Source: Candidatus Entotheonellaceae bacterium | GTDB taxonomy: Bacteria > Tectomicrobia > Entotheonellia > Entotheonellales > Entotheonellaceae | NCBI GenBank assembly: GCA_965238075.1 | Contig: OZ250173.1 | Span: forward strand, 2,816,001-2,880,000 | Direction: 5' to 3' | Length of the DNA stretch: 64,000 nt | Shown: positions 30,788-40,351 of the stretch, piece by piece | Layout of the letters: each line of letters begins with the position of its first letter | Numbering within the stretch: the stretch's first letter is position 1 | The notes under the pieces: model-generated | Database searches by the model: none | The model's input: the letters and a program-made list of their open reading frames with translations, nothing else | Told to the model about the DNA's origin: nothing | Program-made: the position numbers and the translations under genes

Positions 30788-31609
30788 ATGATGGATCGTC
30801 GCAGATTCCTGACCATTCTGAGTAGCACTGTGGTTGCCTTAGGCAGTGCGAACGTCCTTGCTGTCCACAAAGTTGCTGCCCTTGGCACGATGAAAAAGGC
30901 CTACACGTCTTTCACGCGTGCCGAAAGCGTCTTTGTCGAGGCCGCGGTGGCCCGCATTATCCCGGCGGATGACCTTGGGCCGGGAGCTCTTGAGGCCGAG
31001 GCGTCGTACTTCATCGACCAGCAACTCACCGGCGATTATGGGGCCGGAGCCCGCTTTTACAATCAGGGGCCCTTTGGTGCCACGACGCCGTATCAAGGGT
31101 ATCAATTACCCCTCTCGCCCCGCGATCTGTATCGAGCCGGCATTGCCGCGACCGATCGCTATTGCCGGGAAACCTATGGCAAAGACTTCGCCCAACTGGA
31201 GCCGGCGCAGCAGGATGAGGTGTTGCAAGGGCTTCAGGGCGTGGCTGGCGATGTCGCCCTTGAGGACGTGCCTGGGGCAACCTTCTTCAGCCATCTCCTC
31301 ACGGATACCAAGGACGGGTTTTTCGCCGACCCGGCCTACGGCGGCAACAAGGGCCTGGTGGGCTGGAAACTCGTCGGCTTTCCGGGGGTGCCGGCGCAAT
31401 ATACCGAATTCATCGAACGCCATAACGAGGCGTACGATGTCGAGCCCGTTGACCTGGGCAGCATGCAGCATGCCGGCATGCTGCATGATCACTTGCACGC
31501 CGTCCATCGTCGCGCCGATGTTCCGAGGCGCACGACGGCGCCTGAACCGCGCCCGGTGGACCCCGACGAACCTTACGACTGGAAGTCAGGACCGAGGTTT
31601 TCCGTGTAA
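30788..31609 (+). CDS. Gluconate 2-dehydrogenase subunit 3 (gamma) family, Tat-exported
   Basis: DRRRFL Tat motif; RIIPADDLGPGA; GFFADPAYGGN; WKLVGFPG. Confidence 0.9.
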   Translation: MMDRRRFLTILSSTVVALGSANVLAVHKVAALGTMKKAYTSFTRAESVFVEAAVARIIPADDLGPGALEAEASYFIDQQLTGDYGAGARFYNQGPFGATTPYQGYQLPLSPRDLYRAGIAATDRYCRETYGKDFAQLEPAQQDEVLQGLQGVAGDVALEDVPGATFFSHLLTDTKDGFFADPAYGGNKGLVGWKLVGFPGVPAQYTEFIERHNEAYDVEPVDLGSMQHAGMLHDHLHAVHRRADVPRRTTAPEPRPVDPDEPYDWKSGPRFSV

Positions 31610-31638
31610 GTCCCGCATGTCAAGGAGAGGAGGACATC

Positions 31639-33402
31639 ATGGCTACCAGACTCAAACCAGTAGATGCAGTGGTTATAGGCGTGGGTTGGGCCGGCAGCAT
31701 TATGGCCAATGAGTTGGCCAAGGCCGGCCTCAAAGTCGTCGGGCTGGAGCGCGGTCGCTACCGCGGGCAGGAAGAATTCGCTCTGCCTGGCATCCATGAC
31801 GAGCTCAAGTACAATCGCCGTTTGGAGTTATTCGAGGATCTTTCCCGCAGTACGATCACCTGTCGCAACAACACCGGCGAAGTCGCCCGGCCCATGCGGC
31901 GGCATGGACCGTTTCCCTGGGGCGAAGGACTGGGTGGTGCCGGTTTCCACTGGGCCGGCTGGACGTGGCGCCATAGTCCCTGGTCGTTCAAGATGCGCAC
32001 CAACACCATCGAGCGCTACGGTGAGCGCGCCATCCCGACGGATGCGACGATCCAGGACTGGCCGATGACGTACGACGAGTTGGAGCCTTACTACGACAAG
32101 TTCGAGTACGCCATCGGAATTTCGGGCAAGGCCGGCAACCTCAAAGGGGAAATTCAGGCGGGCGGAAATCCTTTCGAGGGGCCACGCTCGCGGGAGTTTC
32201 CGAATCCTCCCTTGCGGAAGAGCTACGGCATGGCCGTGTTCGAGGAGGCAACGCGGTCGCTGGGCTACCATCCCTTCCCGATGCCCGCCGCGCAGACGAG
32301 CCGGGCCTACACCAATCCCGATGGGGTGGGGATGGGTTCGTGTGTGTATTGCGGCTACTGTATGAACACCGGTTGTGAGGTGGCTGCCAAAGCCACGCCG
32401 CAGACGACGGTCTTGCCGTCTGCCATGCAGACGGGCAATTTTGAGATACGCACCCATGCGGCGGTGACCCGCATCAACACCTCCGGCAATCGCGCCACGA
32501 GCGTGACGTACATTGACGGGCGTGGGCGTGAGGTCGAACAGCCGGCGGATATCGTTCTGCTGACGGCTTTTACATGGAGCAATACCCAGCAGTTGCTGGT
32601 CTCCGGTATTGGCAAACCCTACGATCCGGCGACGGGAACAGGCAACGTGGGGAAGAACTACTCCTGGCACGGTGCCATGCCCTACATCCCGTTGTACTAC
32701 GACGATGGGCACGTCTTTAACCCCTTCATGGGCGCCGGTGCGCTCGGTATGAGCTTTTCTGACCTGGAAGGCGATAACTTCGACCACACCGGCCTCGGTT
32801 TCATCGGCGGCATTTTCATGACCTACTTCCAGCTTGGCAGTGGCCCGATGATGTATCAGCCCACGCCGCCGGGCACGCCGAGTTGGGGCTCGGAATGGAA
32901 ACAGGCCGTGGCGCATTACTACAACCGCTCGCTCCAGGTGGTTGGTTTTCACGATCATCTGTCCTACCGCGGCAATTACATGGATCTCGATCCGAATTAC
33001 AACGACATCTACGGCAATCCGTTGGTGCGCCTGACCTACGATATCGGGCCTAACGAGATCCGCATGTCGGACTACATGGTTGGCGTGGGGCACGAGGTTG
33101 CCAAGGCGATGAAGCCCAGCCGCTATGCGGTCTACGGCTCGCCCAAGCGCTTCGATGCCGGTGCCAACTACTTCGTGATCCACCAGGTCGGCGGCGCCAT
33201 GACGGGCTCGACGCCCGAAAACAGCGTCGTGAACAAATACATGCAGAGTTGGGACGTGCCCAATCTGTTCGTGATAGGCGCCAGCGCCTTCCCGCAGATT
33301 ACGGCTTACAACCCGACGGGTACGGTGGGCGCGCTGTCTTACATGTCGGCAGATGCGATTATTAACCAGTACCTCAAGAACCCTGGCCCGTTGGTATCCT
33401 AG
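31639..33402 (+). CDS. GMC flavoprotein, gluconate 2-dehydrogenase alpha-like
   Basis: IGVGWAG FAD motif; CVYCGYC; SWDVPNLFVIGAS; NPTGTVGAL. Confidence 0.9.
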   Translation: MATRLKPVDAVVIGVGWAGSIMANELAKAGLKVVGLERGRYRGQEEFALPGIHDELKYNRRLELFEDLSRSTITCRNNTGEVARPMRRHGPFPWGEGLGGAGFHWAGWTWRHSPWSFKMRTNTIERYGERAIPTDATIQDWPMTYDELEPYYDKFEYAIGISGKAGNLKGEIQAGGNPFEGPRSREFPNPPLRKSYGMAVFEEATRSLGYHPFPMPAAQTSRAYTNPDGVGMGSCVYCGYCMNTGCEVAAKATPQTTVLPSAMQTGNFEIRTHAAVTRINTSGNRATSVTYIDGRGREVEQPADIVLLTAFTWSNTQQLLVSGIGKPYDPATGTGNVGKNYSWHGAMPYIPLYYDDGHVFNPFMGAGALGMSFSDLEGDNFDHTGLGFIGGIFMTYFQLGSGPMMYQPTPPGTPSWGSEWKQAVAHYYNRSLQVVGFHDHLSYRGNYMDLDPNYNDIYGNPLVRLTYDIGPNEIRMSDYMVGVGHEVAKAMKPSRYAVYGSPKRFDAGANYFVIHQVGGAMTGSTPENSVVNKYMQSWDVPNLFVIGASAFPQITAYNPTGTVGALSYMSADAIINQYLKNPGPLVS

Positions 33403-33430
33403 GTCAGACCGCATAACGCGGTGCACGGAT

Positions 33431-33470
33431 GCCGGGTGCGTTCTTCCGGGAATGCGCCCGGCCCTGTTGC
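33431..33470 (+). terminator. Probable terminator hairpin
   Basis: 13-bp stem gccgggtgcgttc / gaatgcgcccggc after the stop codon. Confidence 0.5.
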
Positions 33471-33637
33471 TTATCCTTCCTGGAATCTCTTTAACAGCCC
33501 CCGTCGTTACGTCCCTCCGGCTACGCTGGAAGAATCATGGCTTGACAGGATGCCCCGGGATTCCCCTGCGTCTCTTTGGCTGTCATCCAATCGAACCCTT
33601 CGGACGGTCCACCGAATCGGGACCGGTTCAGGGGGCT

Positions 33638-34132
33638 ATGGAGGCTTCTTTGACGATTTATTACTTGCAGATGACCGATTCAGCGCAGTTGCGGCCGTCG
33701 TCTCGGGTGGTGGAGGCTTTTGAGGTCAAACGGGCGCAGATAATGTACGGTGCCTTGAATCGTTTTTTCTACCAAACGGTCGGGGTAGCTTGGCAATGGA
33801 CGGACCGCTTGCCCTGGACGGATGAAGACTGGCAAGCCTATGCCGAGCGTCCGGGACTGGAGACGTGAATTGGCTACGTGCAGGGAACCCCGGCGGGATA
33901 TTTTGAATTGGCGCGGCAGGATGCGGCCCAAGTGGAGATAGCGATGTTCGGCTTGCTGCCGCCTTTTGTCGGGCGAGGCGTGGGCGGCGTCTTACTGACC
34001 GCGGCTTTGCGACGGGCTTGGGAAGAGGGGACGCGACGGGTGTGGCTGCACACCGCCACGTCGGATCACCCACATGCCTTGGCCAATTATCAGGCGCGCG
34101 GAATGCAGGTTTACAAGACCGAGGCGGCGTGA
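33638..34132 (+). pseudogene. GNAT acetyltransferase interrupted by an in-frame TGA (33866-33868)
   Basis: ...ERPGLET*IGYVQGTPAGYFEL...FGLLPPFVGRGVGG...VWLHT...DHPHALANYQARG, all in one frame. Confidence 0.8.
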
Positions 34133-34164
34133 GGAAGATCAAGAGCACCTGACCCTCCTGACGG

Positions 34165-34203
34165 GGTGGAATGTCGGATTACGCTTCCCTAATCCGACCT
34201 ACA
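34165..34203 (-). repeat. GTAG-type REP-like palindrome, copy 2
   Basis: Minus strand TGTAGGTCGGATTAGGGAAGCGTAATCCGACAT. Confidence 0.75.
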
Positions 34204-35902
34204 ATTCGAATTGCCGGCAGCGGTCGTAGCATGCTAGCAGCTTCTCATCCCGCTCTTGCCACACTTGGCGTTGTGACGCCACAAAGCCATCAAGTTGCGC
34301 CAGTTCCGTCTCCATCGCCTTGGGACCGGGGCCGCCCACCACTTGCTTACCCTTGAGAATGGTTGCGGGCTCCTGCAAGCGGCGCACGGTTTCGGCGTCT
34401 ACGGAGAGGTCCAGACCTTCCTCCTGCAGGGCTTGGCTCATGGCGGCGTGGGTTACACAGTCCGATTCACCCTGCTGCAGCGACGAGGCGACGGCGTGTT
34501 CCATCACCCGTTTGAGTCGCCGGAATTCCACGCCGGTGCGCGCGATCAATTGCTCCATAAACTCGGTGACGCCGGTAAAGCCGCTGCGGGCCATGTGGTG
34601 CAGGCGCGCCGTGTCGATGCCCACCGGGCGGTCCAGCCAGGGGTTGGCGGCAAGCGGGCGGCAGGAATGGCGAACGATGCGGGTCATGATGGACACCGCC
34701 GGCAGCGCCTCCAGGCAGGCTTCCATGATGAGATATTTGCTCCATTGATGGTCGCGGTTGTACCCCGTGAGGTTCGCCTGGCCCAGGCTCAGCAGCGCGC
34801 CCAGCCGACTGGTGACCTCGGCGGCTTTGGCCTTGATGACTTCCAGCGCGTCGGGGTTGACCTTTTGGGGCATGATGCTGCTACCGGAGCAGAAGCGCGG
34901 GTGCGGTTTGAGCACCCCGAACTCCGGCGTGCTCAGGAGGATCAGCGTCTGCGCCATGCTTGAGAGGTGGGCGAGGAGAACGGCGAGAATCTGCGCCAAC
35001 TCGGCCTCCGGTTCCCAGCGGCTGGCTATCGGGTCCAGCGAGTTGGGCTCGGGGCCGTAGCACCCGAGCAACTCAGCGGTGAGTCGGCGATCGATGGCAA
35101 AGGTCGTGCTGAACCCAGTGACGCAGCCCAGAGGGCTGTAGTTGAAGGTCTCGTACCAGAAATTCAGGCGCTGCACCACGCGCCGCAGTGCCTCGGCATA
35201 CGCCGCCAGATGATGGCCGAAGGTCGACAGGGTGGCGTGTTGATGGTGGGTGTAGCCCGCCATGACGCTGTTCAGATGCTGGCGCGCTACCATCGTTAAA
35301 GCGTCCATGCAGCCGAGGCAGAGCCGCGCCAGGTTGAGCACCCGCTCCCGCATCCACAGGCGCATGTCGGTGACCACCTGATCGTTGCGGCTGCGCGCCG
35401 TATGCAAGGACAGGGCAGCGTGGATGCCGAGGTTGCCGCTCAGATAGGTTTCGATGTTGGTGTGAACGTCTTCGAGGGCGGGTTGTACGACGAACTGGCC
35501 GAGGTGGTACTGGCGTTCGATTTCGGCAAGGCCGTCCAGAATGGCCCGTCCCTGCTCGGCGGTGAGAATGGAGCACCTGACCAGCATGTGGGCGTGGGCG
35601 CGATTGACCCACAGGTCGAAAGGCACCAAGTTCTGGTCGGCGGCGCCTTTGCCGGCAACGTCCCAACCGGCCATGAAGGCCACGACTTCCGGCGTGGGGC
35701 TGACGAGGCGGTTGCTGTAAAGGCGCTTGGTGTCCTGATGCTGTTGGCCCTGGAGGCGATCCAGGGTATCGTCATCGTATTCGGGGGTGCCGCAGACAGC
35801 GCAATAGCGATCTGCCGCTGAGGATTCTTGCTGCCCTCCGGCCGGCCGCTCGGCCCCGCACGCCTGACAACGCCATGCGGGGTTCGCGTCAATCGCCTCC
35901 AC
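34199..35902 (-). CDS. argH: Argininosuccinate lyase with an N-terminal CxxC...CxxC extension
   Basis: EDVHTNIE, LHTARSRNDQV, GYTHHQ, GSSIMPQKVNPD, GYNRD. Confidence 0.85.
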   Translation of the reverse strand: MEAIDANPAWRCQACGAERPAGGQQESSAADRYCAVCGTPEYDDDTLDRLQGQQHQDTKRLYSNRLVSPTPEVVAFMAGWDVAGKGAADQNLVPFDLWVNRAHAHMLVRCSILTAEQGRAILDGLAEIERQYHLGQFVVQPALEDVHTNIETYLSGNLGIHAALSLHTARSRNDQVVTDMRLWMRERVLNLARLCLGCMDALTMVARQHLNSVMAGYTHHQHATLSTFGHHLAAYAEALRRVVQRLNFWYETFNYSPLGCVTGFSTTFAIDRRLTAELLGCYGPEPNSLDPIASRWEPEAELAQILAVLLAHLSSMAQTLILLSTPEFGVLKPHPRFCSGSSIMPQKVNPDALEVIKAKAAEVTSRLGALLSLGQANLTGYNRDHQWSKYLIMEACLEALPAVSIMTRIVRHSCRPLAANPWLDRPVGIDTARLHHMARSGFTGVTEFMEQLIARTGVEFRRLKRVMEHAVASSLQQGESDCVTHAAMSQALQEEGLDLSVDAETVRRLQEPATILKGKQVVGGPGPKAMETELAQLDGFVASQRQVWQERDEKLLACYDRCRQFEL

Positions 35903-35906
35903 GGGT

Positions 35907-36806
35907 CTAAATTTTCCCCAATTCCTGCAAGCAGCGCTGCAATTCGGCGCGGCTCTCGGGCCGCATGGGAACCAAGGGCAGGCGCAGCGCGCCGGCCGGT
36001 TGACCCATCATGGCCAGAGCGGTTTTCACCGGCACCGGGTTGCTTTCGATGAACAGAGCGTTGACAACGTCCAGGGTGCGGAAATGGATGTCCTGCGCCG
36101 CCTTGTAATCGCCGCGCGCAAACGCCTGCATCATCTCGTGCAGTTCCTTGCCGACCACGTGGGCGACGGCGGCGATGGCGCCGTCGCCGCCCAAGCACAT
36201 GGAGCCGAAGGTCAGCGCGTCTTCGCCGCTCAACACGTAAAACTTCTTGCTCATCTTGCGCGTAGCGGCCAGCAGCGCCATGGTCTGGTTGACGTTGGCC
36301 GCCGCGTCCTTGACGCCAACGATGTTGTCGATCTGCGCCAGCGCCACGAGGGTTTTGACGTCGATCAGCCGTCCTGTGCGTCCAGGGATGTTGTAGAGAA
36401 TCAGCGGCAGGCTGGTGTTCTTGGCGATGGCCTCAAAGTGCGCCATCAAGCCGTGCTGTTCCGGCTTGTTGTAGTACGGGCAGACCTGCAGCGACGCCGC
36501 GGCGCCGGCCTGTTCGGCGTGTTTGGTCATTTCGATGGCTTCGTGCGTCGAATTGGAACCCGTACCGGCGATGACGGGCACGCGTCCAGCGGTTGCATCG
36601 ATGACGATCTCGGTTACCCGCTGGTGTTCGGCGTGCGACAAGGTCGGCGACTCGCCGGTTGTGCCGCAGGGCACCAGGCTGTCGGCCTTCTGCTCTTCGA
36701 TGAGGTAATCCACCAGACGGCGCAGGCCGGCTTCGTCAACGCTGAAGTCGTCCTTGAATGGGGTGATGATGGGGATGTGAATGCCGGTCCAATCGTACTG
36801 AGCCAC
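35907..36806 (-). CDS. dapA: 4-hydroxy-tetrahydrodipicolinate synthase
   Basis: GTTGESPTL, AGTGSNST, PYYNKP, LYNIPGRT, GVKDA, ESNPVPVK. Confidence 0.95.
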   Translation of the reverse strand: MAQYDWTGIHIPIITPFKDDFSVDEAGLRRLVDYLIEEQKADSLVPCGTTGESPTLSHAEHQRVTEIVIDATAGRVPVIAGTGSNSTHEAIEMTKHAEQAGAAASLQVCPYYNKPEQHGLMAHFEAIAKNTSLPLILYNIPGRTGRLIDVKTLVALAQIDNIVGVKDAAANVNQTMALLAATRKMSKKFYVLSGEDALTFGSMCLGGDGAIAAVAHVVGKELHEMMQAFARGDYKAAQDIHFRTLDVVNALFIESNPVPVKTALAMMGQPAGALRLPLVPMRPESRAELQRCLQELGKI

Positions 36807-36866
36807 GGTTGCCTCCTTCCGGTTCGGGCCTCTCGGCAGTGAGCGGCCCGTTCATACGTGACGCCG

Positions 36867-38054
36867 CTAAACCGGCGCGGCGTCCGCCGCCATGTCGAAG
36901 ACCTGCCGGATGCCGTACGTCGTGGTGCGTTCCGCCGGCACCCGGCCAATCTGGTGAACCAACTGCTGGAACTCGTCCACGGGCATGTACTGGCCAGCCG
37001 AGGCGCCGGCCAGCCGAGAGATGTTCTCATTGATCAGCGTGCCGCCGTAGTCGTTGGCACCGGCCTGCAGGCAGCGCTGCGACAGTTGACGGCCCAGCTT
37101 GACCCACGATACCTGCACGTTATCGATCCAGCCCCGCAGCATGATGCGCGCCAGGGCGTGTACCTTGATGCTTTCCTCCTCGGTGGGCCCGGGACGCGCC
37201 ATGCCCAGCCGAAACAATCCGGTGTTCGCGTGCACGAAGCCCAGGGGGACAAACTCCGTGAAACCGCCGGTTTCCTTCTGGATGTCGCGCAGCAGCAGGA
37301 ATTGGTTGATCCAGTGCTCGGGGGTTTCCAGGTGGCCGTACATCATGGTGGAGGTCGTCGGGATGCCCAACTGGTGAGCGGTGCGGACGACGTTGGTCCA
37401 TTGTTTCACCGTGACCTTCTTGCGCGACAGCATGTGCCGCACGTCGTCATCGAGAACCTCCGCCGCGGTGCCCGGCAGGGTGTCGAGGCCGTTGTCCTTC
37501 AGCATTTGCAGGTAGTCGTGCAGCGTCATGCCGGTGAGCTCGGTGCCGTACGTCATCTCCATCGGCGAGAAGGCATGGGCGTGCATATCCGGCACCGCCT
37601 TCTTGATGGTGCGCAGAATGTCCCGGTAATAAAACGGGTCCAGGCCGCGCGGCAGCCCGCCTTGCACGCAGACCTCTGTGGCGCCCATTTCCCGCGCTTC
37701 GACCGTCCGCTGCGCGATCTCCTCGAACGGCAGGTTATAGGCGTCGGAGGCCCGCGCCGAGGTGCTGAAGGAGCAAAAGGCGCAGCCAATGAAGCAGACA
37801 TTGGTGAAGTTGATGTTGCGGTTGACGACGTAGGTGATGACGTCACCCACGATCTCCCGGCGCAGGTGATCCGCCACCGCTGCCAGCGTCTCGACGTCCT
37901 CGCTGGGCAGCGTGGCCAGAACGAGCCCCTCGTCGCGGGACAACTCGTGCCCGGCCATGGCCCTTTCCAGCACGCGCGCCACCTCGGGGGTGGTCTGCGG
38001 CAGCAGATGCGCCACGCGCTCCTGGGATTCCTGCACATTCGCGGCGATTTTCAT
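36867..38054 (-). CDS. cofH: FO synthase subunit 2 (radical SAM)
   Basis: NRNINFTNVCFIGCAFC, PGTAAEVL, GGFTEFVPL, NVQVSWVKLG, GANDYGGTL; adjacent to cofG. Confidence 0.9.
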   Translation of the reverse strand: MKIAANVQESQERVAHLLPQTTPEVARVLERAMAGHELSRDEGLVLATLPSEDVETLAAVADHLRREIVGDVITYVVNRNINFTNVCFIGCAFCSFSTSARASDAYNLPFEEIAQRTVEAREMGATEVCVQGGLPRGLDPFYYRDILRTIKKAVPDMHAHAFSPMEMTYGTELTGMTLHDYLQMLKDNGLDTLPGTAAEVLDDDVRHMLSRKKVTVKQWTNVVRTAHQLGIPTTSTMMYGHLETPEHWINQFLLLRDIQKETGGFTEFVPLGFVHANTGLFRLGMARPGPTEEESIKVHALARIMLRGWIDNVQVSWVKLGRQLSQRCLQAGANDYGGTLINENISRLAGASAGQYMPVDEFQQLVHQIGRVPAERTTTYGIRQVFDMAADAAPV

Positions 38055-39265
38055 GGAATCGGTACTCCTTTCCGTTCTTCGATGGGATATCCCTCCTCGT
38101 CCACCATCGCTCGCAGGCGGGGTTCCAGGGCCGCCGCCATGAAGCCCTGCTTGCGGACGATAAATTCAGGGTAGACCGTCAGTCGGGGGCGCAGCCTCAG
38201 GCCCAACTCGTCGGACACACGTTCCAGCGTTTGAATCTGTGGCCAGGGCGCTTCGGGATTGATGAAGTCGATCGTCAGGGGGGAAATGCCGCCCCAGTCG
38301 TTGATACCGGCGGGGATCAGCAATTGGTATTGTTCCGGGGTCAGGTTCGGCGGCACTTGCAGGTTGACGTCGCCGCTCAGCATGAGCCGGGCCACGGCGG
38401 TTGTGCGCATGAAGTCCAGCAAGGTCGGCTCCGGCTGCGCGTGCATCGGGATGTCCGGCTTGGCCCGGAAATTTTGAATAATCACTTCCTGGATATGGCC
38501 GTACCGGTCATGTAGGTCTTGAATCGCTTCGAGAGTCTCCACCCGTTCGGCGAACGTCTCACCAATGCCGATCAGCATGCCGGTCGTGAAGGGGATGCCC
38601 AGCTTGCCGGCGTTTTCAATTGTCTTCAATCGTACCGTGGGGTCTTTATCCGGCGCCTCGTCGTGGGCCATGCCCGGACCCAGAAGGCGACGGCTGGTGC
38701 TTTCCAGCATAAGACCCATGCTTGGGCTCACGTCGCGCAACCGCTCGAGGTCCTTGCGACTCATGACGCCCGGGTTGGCGTGCGGCAGCAGCGGCGTCTC
38801 GTCGAGAACGAGCTGGCACATCTCCACCAGGTAATCCACGGTGCGCCGGTGGCCGTACTGCTGCAAGGTCTGACGCATCTCCGGGAACAACGCTTCGGGC
38901 TTGTCGCCCAGGCTGAACAACGCCTCTTTGCAGCCCAGCTTGGCCCCGTCCTGGGCCACCTGCAGCACCTCGTCCGGGGTCATGGTCTTGGCGCCGGGCT
39001 CGCCAGGGTCTTTGCGAAACGTGCAGTAGCCGCAGTAATCGCGGCAGAGATTCGTCAGCGGCAGGAAGACTTTGGGGGAGTATGTGATAGTGGCGCCGTG
39101 GTGCCGCGCCCGCAGGCTGTCAGCCACCTGCAGGAGGGCCAGCAGTTCGCTGCTCGTCAGGTGCTCGAAAGCGACCATCTCCTGGGCCGACAGCGGCTCC
39201 CCGGCTTCGGCACGGTTCAGGGTTTCCGCAATGGCGGGACGGCACGCCGAACTGATCAAGGTCAT
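38051..39265 (-). CDS. cofG: FO synthase subunit 1 (radical SAM)
   Basis: TYSPKVFLPLTNLCRDYCGYC, PHANPG, SMGLMLE, QEVIIQNF, GINDWGGISP; start uncertain. Confidence 0.92.
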   Translation of the reverse strand: MTLISSACRPAIAETLNRAEAGEPLSAQEMVAFEHLTSSELLALLQVADSLRARHHGATITYSPKVFLPLTNLCRDYCGYCTFRKDPGEPGAKTMTPDEVLQVAQDGAKLGCKEALFSLGDKPEALFPEMRQTLQQYGHRRTVDYLVEMCQLVLDETPLLPHANPGVMSRKDLERLRDVSPSMGLMLESTSRRLLGPGMAHDEAPDKDPTVRLKTIENAGKLGIPFTTGMLIGIGETFAERVETLEAIQDLHDRYGHIQEVIIQNFRAKPDIPMHAQPEPTLLDFMRTTAVARLMLSGDVNLQVPPNLTPEQYQLLIPAGINDWGGISPLTIDFINPEAPWPQIQTLERVSDELGLRLRPRLTVYPEFIVRKQGFMAAALEPRLRAMVDEEGYPIEERKGVPIP

Positions 39266-39477
39266 GCAAGCTGCTCGATGTTCTGAAGAGGCCTTTAGGG
39301 AAGCGCCCACACCGACATTCCCGCAGGCATGCAAGGCGTGAACGTGATTTGAAATGTTGGCAATTGGTAACACACGGGAGCGCGGCTTGTCAATGATCCG
39401 GCCTTTTGTTAGCGTTGGCCCTGGCCATGGGTGGGAGGCATCCGGCGCGTAGGTAAAGGCGACTTGAGGAGGGAGCG

Positions 39478-40338
39478 ATGGGGAACGGATTGATCAAGTG
39501 TGATCTGACGTTGGAGAACTATTTTGTCTACGGTAACGCAGCCACCGTCGTCAGCAAGACCGTCTTGCCGCGCCGCGAGGGGCAGCCGATTCTGATGCGC
39601 GGCGAGGTGGGCATCAAGGATGACGGCAATCTGCGGCCGATGGTCGCCCACAACACCACGCACGTCGATATGCCGCTGCACTTCATCGCCGACACTGCCG
39701 ATCTGGACCAGGTGCTGAACAATTCGAGCTATCGGATCAATTATCCCATGCTCGCCCGCGTCCTCGATGTCTCCACATGGTCCGATCCGCAGGTTTTTCA
39801 CGAACGCAACGGGGTGCGCTATTGCGACCGGGTCGTCGCCGAGATGCTGCCGCCGCTGGACGAATTGCGGCAATACGACGCTCTCGTCGTGCTCACCGGC
39901 TTTGGCGCCGTGATGCGGCAGGGTTCCGAGAGTTTTCACCCGGATGCGGCGGGCTTTTACCATCTTCCGCATATCGACGTGGAGGTGGCGCAGCGAGTGG
40001 CGGATGCCGGGATCACCATGCTGGCGATTGACTGCACGACAGTGGAGCGCCAGACCGCGGGCAACCCGCTGCGCATGACGGGCGACGTGCACCCGGTTCT
40101 GCTAGGCCATGAGCCGCCGGTGTTCATTCTGGAGGGCGTGGCGGGGGATCGCATTGCCTCACAGGTCGGCTTCCTGCCGACCGAGGCCGTCCTTGAGGTC
40201 ATCGCCCGGCGGACGAACGCCGCCGGTGCGGACGCCGCGCATACGCGCGTCTTTCTGAGCTTCTATGCGGGTGACGACAACCGCCAGCGCCTGGAGCGAC
40301 TACTGGAATTGGTCACCCCAGAGCATCTGTACGGTTAA
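39478..40338 (+). CDS. Divergent cyclase-family-like metal hydrolase
   Basis: HNTTHVDMPLH resembles HxGTHxDxPxH; later LAID..., VHPVLL, ILE; RBS gaggaggg. Confidence 0.6.
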   Translation: MGNGLIKCDLTLENYFVYGNAATVVSKTVLPRREGQPILMRGEVGIKDDGNLRPMVAHNTTHVDMPLHFIADTADLDQVLNNSSYRINYPMLARVLDVSTWSDPQVFHERNGVRYCDRVVAEMLPPLDELRQYDALVVLTGFGAVMRQGSESFHPDAAGFYHLPHIDVEVAQRVADAGITMLAIDCTTVERQTAGNPLRMTGDVHPVLLGHEPPVFILEGVAGDRIASQVGFLPTEAVLEVIARRTNAAGADAAHTRVFLSFYAGDDNRQRLERLLELVTPEHLYG

Positions 40339-40351
40339 GCGGGTAGGGCGT

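Noticed and set aside
39266-39375. gggaa...cggtg in the cofG leader, suggesting a cobalamin riboswitch
   Set aside because: No B12-box or CCCGC-ACTGT elements; only a short gggaa/ttccc hairpin.
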